NCBI GenBank assembly: GCA_965209085.1
Contig: OZ242376.1
Span: forward strand, 928,001 to 992,000
From: Nitrosopumilaceae archaeon
GTDB taxonomy: Archaea; Thermoproteota; Nitrososphaeria; Nitrososphaerales; Nitrosopumilaceae
DNA length: 64,000 bases
Direction: 5' to 3'
Below, piece after piece: positions 1 to 9,507 of this stretch (position 1 is the stretch's first letter; every line of letters begins with the position of its first letter). The notes below the pieces were generated by a model. The model worked only from the letters and a program-made list of their open reading frames with translations, did no database searches and had not been told where the DNA came from. A program made the position numbers and the translations under genes.

Positions 1-137
1 CATCCGTGCATGTGCAAGGTGGTCATAATATAGGCAATTTCGGATGTAAATTCATCATCATTGCTAAATTTTTTGGCATATTTTGATGCGCATCTAAAAA
101 ATTCATTCGCTGTTTGTCTGCATACTTGATTGTCCAT
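1..137 (-). CDS. Hypothetical protein, 5' part only (runs off window start)
   Basis: ATG at 137 on the minus strand opens MDNQVCRQTANEFFRCASK... to the window edge; divergent from the gene at 189. Confidence 0.5.
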   Translation of the reverse strand, partial: MDNQVCRQTANEFFRCASKYAKKFSNDDEFTSEIAYIMTTLHMHG

Positions 138-188
138 GCCTATATTTTCACGCACAGCTTATAATGTCTAACGCGGGAAAACAATCCC

Positions 189-1169
189 GTGAGGATATCA
201 TATAGTCTAGGTTCAGTTTTAAGCATTAATGATGTAATTGAATGTGCAAAATACATAGGCAGTATGGACTCTCAGCCAGATACAATATGGATTCCTGAAA
301 CGTGGGGAATGGAAAATTTTTCAATGACTGCAGCAGTCTCACAAATGGCGCCCGGACCGCGGATAGGATCCTCGATAATCAACGTATACTCACGATCCCC
401 AGCGCTCGTAGCCATGGGTGCTGCAACAGTGGATACTCTCTCCAAAGGGAGATTTGTTCTAGGTCTTGGGGCAAGTAGCAGGCCGATAATTGAAGATCTT
501 CACGGTACAAAATATGCATCGCATATTGAACGCATAAGAGAATACGTGGATATTGTAAAAATGGCATTCTCTGGCAGGCAAATAGATTATGATGGAAAAT
601 TCTTCAAACTGCAAGGTTTTAAAATACTTGTAAAACCGCCACAACCTAGCATACCCATATACCTTGCGGCAGTAAATAAAAAAATGATAGACCTGTGCTG
701 GGATATTGCCGATGGTGTAATTTTTTACCTGCGTCCCACATTTGAGATAAAAAACGTTGTTTCACGCATGCAATCAAAGAAAAAAATAGACGTATCATGC
801 CAAATAATTACCGCCGTATCTGATGATGTAGAAATGGCAGCACAACGGGCAAAATCAACACTGGCATTTTACGTGGCAGTTGGAGCCGTGTATAGAAATT
901 TTCTTGCAGATAACGGGTTTGCAGAAGAGGTTGGCGCAATATGCGAGCAGTATAGTAAAACCGGACTAAAAGATCTGCACAAAACGGTTCCTGAAAAAAT
1001 GCTCCAGTCGTTGACCATTTTTGGATCAGCTGATGAATGCTTTGAAAAGATCAAAGTGTTCTACAATGCCGGCGTGGATTTGCCAATAGTGCAGTTTAAT
1101 CCCGTAGGAGACATTGTAGAATCATTCAAGCTTGCATACTCGGCATTTATTGGCGGAGATAAAAGCTGA
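189..1169 (+). CDS. LLM-class flavin/F420-dependent oxidoreductase
   Basis: IWIPETWG, GSSIINVYSRSPAL, GRFVLGLG and PIYLAA motifs of the luciferase-like/Mer family. Confidence 0.85.
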   Translation: MRISYSLGSVLSINDVIECAKYIGSMDSQPDTIWIPETWGMENFSMTAAVSQMAPGPRIGSSIINVYSRSPALVAMGAATVDTLSKGRFVLGLGASSRPIIEDLHGTKYASHIERIREYVDIVKMAFSGRQIDYDGKFFKLQGFKILVKPPQPSIPIYLAAVNKKMIDLCWDIADGVIFYLRPTFEIKNVVSRMQSKKKIDVSCQIITAVSDDVEMAAQRAKSTLAFYVAVGAVYRNFLADNGFAEEVGAICEQYSKTGLKDLHKTVPEKMLQSLTIFGSADECFEKIKVFYNAGVDLPIVQFNPVGDIVESFKLAYSAFIGGDKS

Positions 1170-2281
1170 ATTCTGTCGCATGCGCAGCATATGGCGGAAC
1201 GCGTTTTTCATTAAAAGGCGATGTAAAATCACACATGTTAAAAGCTGCAAAAAATCTTTTTTGTTCAATTCCGACTTTAAATTTGGGGGATGTCAACGGC
1301 GTCATAACGTCCACAAATGAGAATTCAAAGTATCTTGCAGCAGAGATTTCTGAGCTGCTTGGATTATGCCCCAACCATGCATACTCTGTTGAAAATCTCT
1401 GCAGTTCCGGATCCAATGCCATATTTTCTGCATTTTCAAGTATCAGGGCAGGTCTTGCAGACATAATATTGGTTATCGGTGCAGACAGGCATGATGGCCC
1501 TGGCAGGGTTTTGAGCACAGATGTTTCAAGGGGCAGATTCTCCAAACCCGTATACTGGGCATCACTTTTTGCAGCATCATACAGGCGCAAATATGGGGCA
1601 AGCAGGGAACAAATAGCGTCAGTTTCTGCAAAAAATCACCTGTACGCAAAAGATAATCCATTGGCACTGCATTCTGCAGAATACTCCATAACAGATGTTC
1701 TTGAATCAAAAAAAATAACCTCCGATCTGCGAATGTACGAATGCTCTAGAACGTGTACCGGATCTTCTGCCGTACTGCTAGCATCTGAATCTGCGATAAA
1801 ACGCATCGGGTGTAAAAACCCGGCATGGATAACTGGCATTGGTGGCGAATCAAATTCGGCAAGCGTATCGCACATATCTGATTTTTCATTTTTAAATTCC
1901 TCATTTAATGCTGCACAAAAAGCCATGAGCATGGCAGGCATATTGCCAAATAATGTGGACGTTGCTGAAATACACGATGCATTTGCCATCTGCGAACCCA
2001 TGGCACTTGAAGCGCTCAAAATCGCCGGCAGGGGATGCGGTGCAAAATTCTCGCAGGAATTGTATGAAACAGGCAACAAAATGATAAATCCCAGAGGCGG
2101 CCTTATTGGATCAGGGCACCCGCTTGGGGCAACTGGCGTTGCACAAATGGCCGAAATTGCATCCCAAATTACCGGATTTGCCGGTTCAAGACAGGTACCG
2201 GGGGCAAAAATAGGAATTGTACACAACATGTCAGCTGCTGCTACCTCGTCTACTGTTTTGGTGATGAATCGTGATCTTTGA
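1166..2281 (+). CDS. Archaeal thiolase family protein (acetyl-CoA C-acetyltransferase-like)
   Basis: ENLCSSG catalytic Cys, AEIHDAF, NPRGGLIGSGHPLGATG; the frame stays open upstream of the ATG at 1235 to a CTG at 1166 that overlaps the previous stop. Confidence 0.85.
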   Translation: MNSVACAAYGGTRFSLKGDVKSHMLKAAKNLFCSIPTLNLGDVNGVITSTNENSKYLAAEISELLGLCPNHAYSVENLCSSGSNAIFSAFSSIRAGLADIILVIGADRHDGPGRVLSTDVSRGRFSKPVYWASLFAASYRRKYGASREQIASVSAKNHLYAKDNPLALHSAEYSITDVLESKKITSDLRMYECSRTCTGSSAVLLASESAIKRIGCKNPAWITGIGGESNSASVSHISDFSFLNSSFNAAQKAMSMAGILPNNVDVAEIHDAFAICEPMALEALKIAGRGCGAKFSQELYETGNKMINPRGGLIGSGHPLGATGVAQMAEIASQITGFAGSRQVPGAKIGIVHNMSAAATSSTVLVMNRDL

Positions 2282-2591
2282 GGATTCAATATCCAAAGGT
2301 GTGTTTGCAATACCATGGTGTTTTACATGCAACAAAGCTTTGTGGCCTCCAAGAGAATCATGTCCTAAATGTCACAAGGATGCAATTTTAAAACCGTCTT
2401 TGGGATGTGGACATATAATGGAATACTCTATGGATGATGGAGGGTATTTTTGTATTGCAGAGTTTGAAACATCTGTTCGTGTGATATGCCGCATTCTTGG
2501 AAATGGCGTACCTGAATGCGGCAAAAACGTGGTTTTAGAAAAATGCGGCCGCGATTCTGATGGTTGTTTTTTTAACGTCCGTCTAGAGTAG
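2271..2591 (+). CDS. DUF35-type Zn-ribbon/OB-fold thiolase partner
   Basis: CxxC...PPRESCPKC zinc ribbon; overlaps the thiolase stop. Confidence 0.75.
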   Translation: MIFEDSISKGVFAIPWCFTCNKALWPPRESCPKCHKDAILKPSLGCGHIMEYSMDDGGYFCIAEFETSVRVICRILGNGVPECGKNVVLEKCGRDSDGCFFNVRLE

Positions 2592-2644
2592 GTTATCTCA
2601 AAATAACCACTAGAATAAATACAAAAATTACAACAAAGCTCATC

Positions 2645-3187
2645 ATGACCAATACCCCCCCAGATACTGGGAAACCCCGCACAAAGGAGGCAAACCATCA
2701 TGCTGCAAAAACCCGCAGACAGCGCGGATATCACTGGGAGGATACTATTGTAAAGCGGTTTAACGCATCAGATGAATGGTCTGCCCTAAGACTTGGATCG
2801 CCAAGTACAAGCCTGCCGGATGTCATGGCGATGAGCACCAAATATGATGCAATATACACAATAGAGGCAAAATCCGGAACTGTTGGGTCTTTGCCTGTTC
2901 CAGCAGATCAGATAGAACGATGTAAAAAAATCACCGATATTTTTGACAAATATGCAAACCGTAAAATTATTTTGGCGTTTAAATTTCTTTCAAAAAAACG
3001 CATAGGGTATAGCAAATACGAATGGCGCCCCATGCGGGAATATTACAAAATATGGGAAAATGATAAAACCCCGCAAGAATGCATATGTACATACGATGGT
3101 CGCACCTACCTTCGCAAAAACGGAAAACAGGTGGATATTACATTAAAAGATTGCAAAATGCCGTTTGAAACGCGTATCGTACTGTAA
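2645..3187 (+). CDS. Holliday-junction-resolvase-like PD-(D/E)XK nuclease
   Basis: RGYHWE...LPDV...IEAKS motif of the Hjc family. Confidence 0.7.
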   Translation: MTNTPPDTGKPRTKEANHHAAKTRRQRGYHWEDTIVKRFNASDEWSALRLGSPSTSLPDVMAMSTKYDAIYTIEAKSGTVGSLPVPADQIERCKKITDIFDKYANRKIILAFKFLSKKRIGYSKYEWRPMREYYKIWENDKTPQECICTYDGRTYLRKNGKQVDITLKDCKMPFETRIVL

Positions 3188-3289
3188 TGCATGCGGTGGT
3201 GCGTGTATTCAAATTTTATACTGTATGGTTTGCACGCATCAAACCGTACAAAGGGAATCATTTTTAAGTACAAGGCGCGTATAACACAT

Positions 3290-3712
3290 ATGGACAGAGA
3301 TGACATTGTACGTTCGCTATTAGAGTCAAAAGAAACGGATTCTGAAAACAGGCAAAGATCCGACCAATTTGCTGACGAACATTTGATTACAAGCCGGGAT
3401 TATAACGGTAATAAAGAATTAAAGATCAAAATAGTAGAAATATCCGACGAGTTGTCACCATCGGCATGGAAACTAGGAAAACGGGCAAAGATTGACAAAA
3501 TACTCGTCACGATAAAACACGTAGAGGAGAAAAAGACAGAAAAGGCCGAATTTGACATAAAGGCCATTGAAAAAGAGATTGTAGAAAAACGCCACTATTC
3601 GTCAACAAACCGCTGGGTTCCAGTATCGGATATTAAAAACGGATACATAGTAGCGACGCGTCACACTAGCTTGATTAGTGATGCAATGGCTTTGGACTAT
3701 ATTGTATTTTGA
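3290..3712 (+). CDS. Hypothetical protein
   Basis: Clean ORF; start moved to ATG 3290, ~25 nt after TTTAAGTA. Confidence 0.6.
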   Translation: MDRDDIVRSLLESKETDSENRQRSDQFADEHLITSRDYNGNKELKIKIVEISDELSPSAWKLGKRAKIDKILVTIKHVEEKKTEKAEFDIKAIEKEIVEKRHYSSTNRWVPVSDIKNGYIVATRHTSLISDAMALDYIVF

Positions 3713-3804
3713 TCTCCGACATGCGGGGCATCAAACGGATCTCATTTGGGCAAATTTTACAACATAAAGGTTTTTAACTCAAAAATCAAATAGTATATCT
3801 GAAA

Positions 3805-4122
3805 ATGATCTCAAAGGACATAAAAGTCAACGGAACAATGTTCAGACTTACGCTCACTGATCAGGTAATCAGCTACGTAAATAATCTGAAAAGTTTGTAT
3901 GAAAAAGCATACGAGGATCCAGAAATGTTCGAGCAGATTAGCTCTGAGATATCCTCTACAATAAACGAAATTTCAACAGCCGTGGAGCCAGAAGCGTCCG
4001 ATAGCGACCTTGATGGTCTCATACAGGAGATTATACGGATTACAGATAGCAAGGCAGCTGAGCTACAAAATGAGGCATCAAAACACGCATCCAAATATAA
4101 AAGATCAAGGGCAAAAAAATAA
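3805..4122 (+). CDS. Hypothetical protein
   Basis: 105-aa ORF with a TATA-like element upstream. Confidence 0.65.
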   Translation: MISKDIKVNGTMFRLTLTDQVISYVNNLKSLYEKAYEDPEMFEQISSEISSTINEISTAVEPEASDSDLDGLIQEIIRITDSKAAELQNEASKHASKYKRSRAKK

Positions 4123-4180
4123 CAATAGGGCAGACAATATATGACAGCGTTGCGTATAACTAAAAGGTCGATGAGATGAT

Positions 4181-4294
4181 ATGGCAGGGTGTGAGTGTGG
4201 AATATGCGGGCATTTTTCAGACGATGAATGTCTTAAAAAAGAATGCAAATGTTGCATGAATTTTCATACCAGATCGGGTCCAAAAACGGACTAG
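4181..4294 (+). CDS. Small Cys/His-rich putative metal-binding protein (37 aa; not in ORF track)
   Basis: MAGCECGICGHFSDDECLKKECKCCMNFHTRSGPKTD*; TATAAC ~25 nt upstream. Confidence 0.65.
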   Translation: MAGCECGICGHFSDDECLKKECKCCMNFHTRSGPKTD

Positions 4295-4382
4295 GCGTAA
4301 CAGCTGCACCTCTTTGCAACATGGCGATGACAGCCGACTAGACGGTGATCATGGCAGCCGCATAAAACACATCGGCGTTTTC

Positions 4383-4763
4383 TCATATATGATCCAACTC
4401 TTCCAGTGTTGTACGCATTTGCTCGGCCAATTTGGATTCTTCAAACGCCTCCAAGATCTTAATACGGATGTTTTTGAGTCGGTTTGGATCGTTGCTGTAC
4501 AGCCCATACAACAAATCTATTTCCCGAGTAAAATCATACTCTGAAAATTTTTTGCATTTTCTTGCCAAATTTTCAAGCGTCATGGTTGGATGTTTTGATG
4601 CATCTATCCTGCCCGCAAGTGCAGCTGCCAGATTTACAGAACGGTGCCATTCACGCCTTATGGTGTCAAGATCACCGGGTTTGTCGGATAACGATATGAG
4701 CGTTTTGTGGGATTGAATTAAATCCTGTATTATGCTTAAAGCATACTCTGAGACTGTAATCAC
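4383..4763 (-). CDS. Hypothetical protein
   Basis: 126-aa helical ORF filling the gap before thrC. Confidence 0.6.
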   Translation of the reverse strand: MITVSEYALSIIQDLIQSHKTLISLSDKPGDLDTIRREWHRSVNLAAALAGRIDASKHPTMTLENLARKCKKFSEYDFTREIDLLYGLYSNDPNRLKNIRIKILEAFEESKLAEQMRTTLEELDHI

Positions 4764-4848
4764 GTATTGTTTTTTACCTGCATTACTATAAAGTTAGCCT
4801 GCCGTACGGATATTCTGTATGCTTTAATACCATAAAAAAACCGTATGT

Positions 4849-6180
4849 ATGTTGCATGGCACGTATCTTAGATGCATAGGAAATGGCTGCGGATTAGAGT
4901 ATCCAATAGGGGGAAAACGCGTCGAGTGTGACAAAGGGCATCTGCTGGATGTGGTATACTCGGATGCACCCGCAGTAAAATTAAAGCAGGTATTTCAGTC
5001 TAGAAGAAATTCCAATGGCAATATCTTTGATGAGAGCGGCGTATGGAGATACAGAGAAATGTTTAATTTTTGCCAAATCGATACTGAAAATTACGATGAA
5101 TGCTCCAAAACCATCGTTTCACTTGACGGCTCAGAAGGTAGGCAGTCAAAACCGTACAACATGGCAAGAGTGGCAAAGTATACTGGAGTATCGCCTAGCG
5201 GACTGTGGCTGCAGCCTGAAGGGTACAACCCAAGCGGGTCTTTCAAAGACAACGGCATGTCCACTGCCGTTACCCATGCAAAGATGGTGGGGGCAAAAAA
5301 AATAATATGCGCATCAACTGGAAATACATCCGCATCAGCTGGCATGTTTGCAGCAAACGAGGGGATGGAATGCGACGTATACATACCGGCAGGCCAGGTA
5401 GCTCCTGGAAAGCTAAGCCAGGCGTATCAGTTTGGAGCCCAGATAATCGAGGTTGATGGAAATTTTGATGATGCGCTGCGGCAGTCACTGCACAGTGCAT
5501 CGAAGGGATCAGGATATACTGTAAATTCTATCAATCCGTTCCGCATCGAAGGGCAGAAAACCATCGTATACAGGGCTCTTGAACATCTTAACTGGGAGTC
5601 TCCGGACTGGATTGTGTATCCGGGCGGCGCACTTGGAAACACGTCAAGCTGCGGCAAGGCTCTAATGGAACTGTACGAATGGGGATGGATTAAGAAAATT
5701 CCGCGCATTGCAGTAATTAACGCCGAGGGTGCAAGGACACTTGACGTTTTATACAACAGGGATGATGAGCCGCTGCGGTGGAATGATGGCAGGCCCGATG
5801 AGGATGCAATTGCAGAATATTACGCCAAACTGGATAAAACCGGCTCGAAGCCGAATACAAAAGCTACTGCAATACAAATTGGCAGGCCTGCAAACATCCT
5901 AAAGGCATTGCGCGCTTTAGAGTATACAGACGGGGTGGTAACAACAGTAACGGATTCTGAAATGCTTGATGGTATGTCAGTTGTCGGTCTTAACGGATTT
6001 GACTGTGAAATGGCATCGGGTGCAACGCCGGCAGGAATACGAAAACTGCTTAATGAGGATGTGATTAAAAAAGACGATCGTGTTATAGGAATACTGACAG
6101 GGCGGCAAAAAGATCCGTCCATGCCTGTAGAATATCACAACAACTCTGCAAATGAATTTGCGCACCCTCCACGCATTTAG
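4849..6180 (+). CDS. thrC: Threonine synthase
   Basis: NPSGSFKD PLP lysine, CASTGNTSASA, NSINPFRIEGQKT. Confidence 0.92.
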   Translation: MLHGTYLRCIGNGCGLEYPIGGKRVECDKGHLLDVVYSDAPAVKLKQVFQSRRNSNGNIFDESGVWRYREMFNFCQIDTENYDECSKTIVSLDGSEGRQSKPYNMARVAKYTGVSPSGLWLQPEGYNPSGSFKDNGMSTAVTHAKMVGAKKIICASTGNTSASAGMFAANEGMECDVYIPAGQVAPGKLSQAYQFGAQIIEVDGNFDDALRQSLHSASKGSGYTVNSINPFRIEGQKTIVYRALEHLNWESPDWIVYPGGALGNTSSCGKALMELYEWGWIKKIPRIAVINAEGARTLDVLYNRDDEPLRWNDGRPDEDAIAEYYAKLDKTGSKPNTKATAIQIGRPANILKALRALEYTDGVVTTVTDSEMLDGMSVVGLNGFDCEMASGATPAGIRKLLNEDVIKKDDRVIGILTGRQKDPSMPVEYHNNSANEFAHPPRI

Positions 6181-6294
6181 ATTAAAAATTCAACACAGAT
6201 ACGTTTTGGGATAAAACCACAAAAACCTTAAAAGACACACAAGCGAATGCATACTTGAGCGAATAACGGTGGATTATAATCCAAAAAACAGCAA

Positions 6295-7581
6295 TTGGAC
6301 AAATACACGGGTTTTGCGGTGGATTACTTGGTAGATATTTGGGTAGAAATTCTGCTACTTGGAGTACTAGTTGTTCTTTCCGGGTTTTTTAGCGGCCTTG
6401 AAGTGGCCCTTGTCGGAACATCAAAATCAAAAGTCATGCAGATGTTCAACAAGAATGTAAAAGGCTCAAAGGCTCTGCATAAATTAAAATCCAATCCAGG
6501 ATGGATGATGTCTAGCGTCAATTTGGGCAACAACATGGTAAATGTGGCATCATCTGCAATTGCAACAAGCATATCGTTGAGATATTTTGACAACAACGGT
6601 CTAGCTGTTGCCATAGGAATCATGACGTTTATCATACTAGTTTTTGGCGAGATTACTCCAAAAACATACTGTAATGCAAATGCCACAAAAATAGCACTCA
6701 GATTTGCCCCGGTACTGCTTGTATTCGGATATGTGTTTTATCCCATTGTAAAGATGTTTGAATGGATAACGCGTGCAATGGTGCGCCTTACCGGAAGCAG
6801 TTACGTGCCGCCTCCAATTACAGAAGATGAGATAAAAGACGTAGTCGACTTGGGTCTTGCAGAAAAAGCCATAGAGGAGGATGAGAGGCGGATGGTTCAC
6901 GGAGCTTTGGAGTTTGACGATATCCAGATACGCACTGTAATGACTCCAAGAACAAAGGTGTTTATGCTAAATGCAAAAATGCTGCTTTTTGAAGCGTTGC
7001 ATGACATAAACCTGAGCGGTCATTCCCGCATACCCATATTTGAAAAAAATCACGACGATATTGTGGGTTTTGTGCATGTCCGGGACATGCTCAAAGAAAT
7101 TGAAAATGGTGAAAAAATGGTCACGCTTTCACAAATAGCGCGTGATCCTGTTTTTGCATCCCAGGAGAAAACAGTGGCTGCGCTTTTAAAAGAAATGAAG
7201 GGCCGCAAAGTGCACATGGCAATAGTGATTGACGAGCACGGCGGCGTGGAAGGCCTTGTGACATTGGAGGATCTCTTAGAGGAGATTGTCGGAGAGATAG
7301 AGGATGAGAGTGACAAAACCCCGCAGGTGCAGTATACTCGGCTAGATGAGGATACAATTGTTGCAAACGGTGACATTGAATTAGACGTAATAAATGAGAT
7401 ATTTGGCACATCGATTGCAAAGGGAGCTGATTATGCCTCATTAAACGGACTGTTGCATGAAAAATTAAAAGACATACCGCAGGAAGGTGACAAAATACAA
7501 GAGGGACCGCTTAGAATGGTTGTTGAAAAAGTCCGCGATAATGTTTCAGAACGCGTTAAAATTGAGAAAAAATCTAAGTGA
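6295..7581 (+). CDS. CNNM/DUF21-CBS-CorC membrane protein (hemolysin/TlyC family)
   Basis: SGFFSGLEVA, FGEITPK, VMTPR, GHSRIP, DEHGGVEGLVTLEDLLEEIVGEI. Confidence 0.88.
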   Translation: MDKYTGFAVDYLVDIWVEILLLGVLVVLSGFFSGLEVALVGTSKSKVMQMFNKNVKGSKALHKLKSNPGWMMSSVNLGNNMVNVASSAIATSISLRYFDNNGLAVAIGIMTFIILVFGEITPKTYCNANATKIALRFAPVLLVFGYVFYPIVKMFEWITRAMVRLTGSSYVPPPITEDEIKDVVDLGLAEKAIEEDERRMVHGALEFDDIQIRTVMTPRTKVFMLNAKMLLFEALHDINLSGHSRIPIFEKNHDDIVGFVHVRDMLKEIENGEKMVTLSQIARDPVFASQEKTVAALLKEMKGRKVHMAIVIDEHGGVEGLVTLEDLLEEIVGEIEDESDKTPQVQYTRLDEDTIVANGDIELDVINEIFGTSIAKGADYASLNGLLHEKLKDIPQEGDKIQEGPLRMVVEKVRDNVSERVKIEKKSK

Positions 7582-8620
7582 AATGTTTTTCAAGTTGGGA
7601 TTTTTTCTCAGCCATGTGGAAAAGCGATTCCGTGTGCGATAATGCCTCCTCGTAACTGCGCTCATACAGCATGGCCTGTGCGAGCATGTGGTTTTCCGGA
7701 ATGACGATTCCTGTCTGATCGTCCGAGTACATCATTTGCAAAGTATCCCCTATGGCAATGGTCATGTTTGCATGTATATGCACCATGTTTGTATCCGTAA
7801 AGGAATATCCAAGTGAATCGGCGTATTTTCTCACATCCTGCGTCCCTTTGGCATTTTGTAATACTGCCACGCCAAGCTCTGCTGTGAAAATTTCATGCAC
7901 AGCCTCTGGATTTGGCGCCATATTTGAGAAACGCACGTCTAGTATGTGAAGGTGCATCTGTCTAGTCGGTACTTTGATGGCCCGAAGGAAAAGCGGCGTC
8001 TCTTTTCCCATGTATGCTTTGACATCGTTGGCATGATGGGGTTTTTGGGTCATCTCTATTGTATCAGGTATGATTTTCTCCGTCTGTTCAATGTCGGCCC
8101 ATCTGCGTACCAGCGTCACATCAAACCGGACAAGTTGCCCGCCGTATTTTTCCCGCAGCGGCTGCAGTATTTTACCCATACCGGTTACATTACAGCTGCC
8201 CTGCATGGCATGTTTTCTGCCAATAGCTAGCTTGTGATTTGAGCGCGAATTGTAAAGAAAATCAGATACTGCGTTATCGCCAAACGTGCTCTCGCCCCCC
8301 TGGTATATTGCAGGTATGTTGCGCGGCTCGTAAATATTTTTTTTATTCGCATATCCTGTGCCTCCGGGAGATGCATCAATTACCAAATCGCACGTATCCA
8401 GTGCCGACTCTACGCTTCCGGATATATCCGCATTCTCAAAGTTTCCAAGTTTTGCCTCTGGGACATATACGTTGTAACCTTTGGATTTTGCATCAAGTAC
8501 TCCCTGATCATTTGAATATTTTCCCACGCCGATTAGATCGATTTGTGAGTCCTCGGAGATAAATGCGGTAATACGTTTTCCAATAGAGCCGTATCCGTTG
8601 ACAAACACTCTTTTTGCCAT
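7574..8620 (-). CDS. gap: Type II (archaeal) glyceraldehyde-3-phosphate dehydrogenase
   Basis: VNGYGSIGKR, SCNVTG, IVIPEN. Confidence 0.88.
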   Translation of the reverse strand: MAKRVFVNGYGSIGKRITAFISEDSQIDLIGVGKYSNDQGVLDAKSKGYNVYVPEAKLGNFENADISGSVESALDTCDLVIDASPGGTGYANKKNIYEPRNIPAIYQGGESTFGDNAVSDFLYNSRSNHKLAIGRKHAMQGSCNVTGMGKILQPLREKYGGQLVRFDVTLVRRWADIEQTEKIIPDTIEMTQKPHHANDVKAYMGKETPLFLRAIKVPTRQMHLHILDVRFSNMAPNPEAVHEIFTAELGVAVLQNAKGTQDVRKYADSLGYSFTDTNMVHIHANMTIAIGDTLQMMYSDDQTGIVIPENHMLAQAMLYERSYEEALSHTESLFHMAEKKSQLEKHFT

Positions 8621-8701
8621 GTGTGTGTTTTCATTCTTCCGCTTAATTAGACTAACGTGCTAAAATAAACGGCTAAATTACGCATATTAGTATTCAATCA
8701 T

Positions 8702-9376
8702 GTGATAATACACGGCTTATCCATGACAATAGGGGCGGCAGTGGCAGTGGCAGTAATGCTTGCAGCGTTTGCCGTATTCTCGGGGGTTGAAAAACCGCTA
8801 AATTTGGTTGATGTGCCACCGGTTCAAATTACAGCCGTATCACTCACAGAGAACGGATCCCCGCCGCTTGGAGATAAAGACGCGCCCATTACCATTGTGG
8901 AATTTGGGGATTATCAGTGTTTTTTTTGCAATAAATTTTACCACGATACGGAAAAAAGATTAATTGCCGATTTTATCGATACGGGAAAAGTTTCATGGAT
9001 ATTCAAAGATTTTACAATAATCGGACCGGACTCTGTAGGTGCGGCCATTGGGGCAAGGTGTGCTACAGACCAGGGCATGTTTTGGGAGTATCATGACGTA
9101 TTGTATGAAAATTGGGATGGTGAAAACAACGGTTGGGCGTCAGCAAAACATCTTGAAGAGTTTGCCGCGCAGATTGGATTAAACCAGAAAGAATGGCGTG
9201 AATGCATCCAATCAGAAAAACATATCCGGGCACTGCAGGCAAGCAACGAGAATGCAAAAGCTCTTGGGATTTCCGGAACTCCAGCTTTTTTCATCATAGG
9301 TCCTGATGGAATAACTGCGTTAAGCGGGGCGCAGCCATATGAGGTGTTTGCCAACGCATTAAACGAGCAAATGTGA
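8702..9376 (+). CDS. DsbA-family thioredoxin-fold oxidoreductase
   Basis: N-terminal TM helix, EFGDYQCFFC, GTPAF, GAQP. Confidence 0.88.
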   Translation: MIIHGLSMTIGAAVAVAVMLAAFAVFSGVEKPLNLVDVPPVQITAVSLTENGSPPLGDKDAPITIVEFGDYQCFFCNKFYHDTEKRLIADFIDTGKVSWIFKDFTIIGPDSVGAAIGARCATDQGMFWEYHDVLYENWDGENNGWASAKHLEEFAAQIGLNQKEWRECIQSEKHIRALQASNENAKALGISGTPAFFIIGPDGITALSGAQPYEVFANALNEQM

Positions 9377-9507
9377 CAAATGTGCGGTAAACTAGTACAT
9401 TATGCGGTTTTTTTGAATTTACATGCGTGCGTACGGGCATATTTTGATCGCATTATGCTTAAATACTCTAGTGATCTTTATAAACAAATTTTTTGATTCA
9501 CGGGTAC

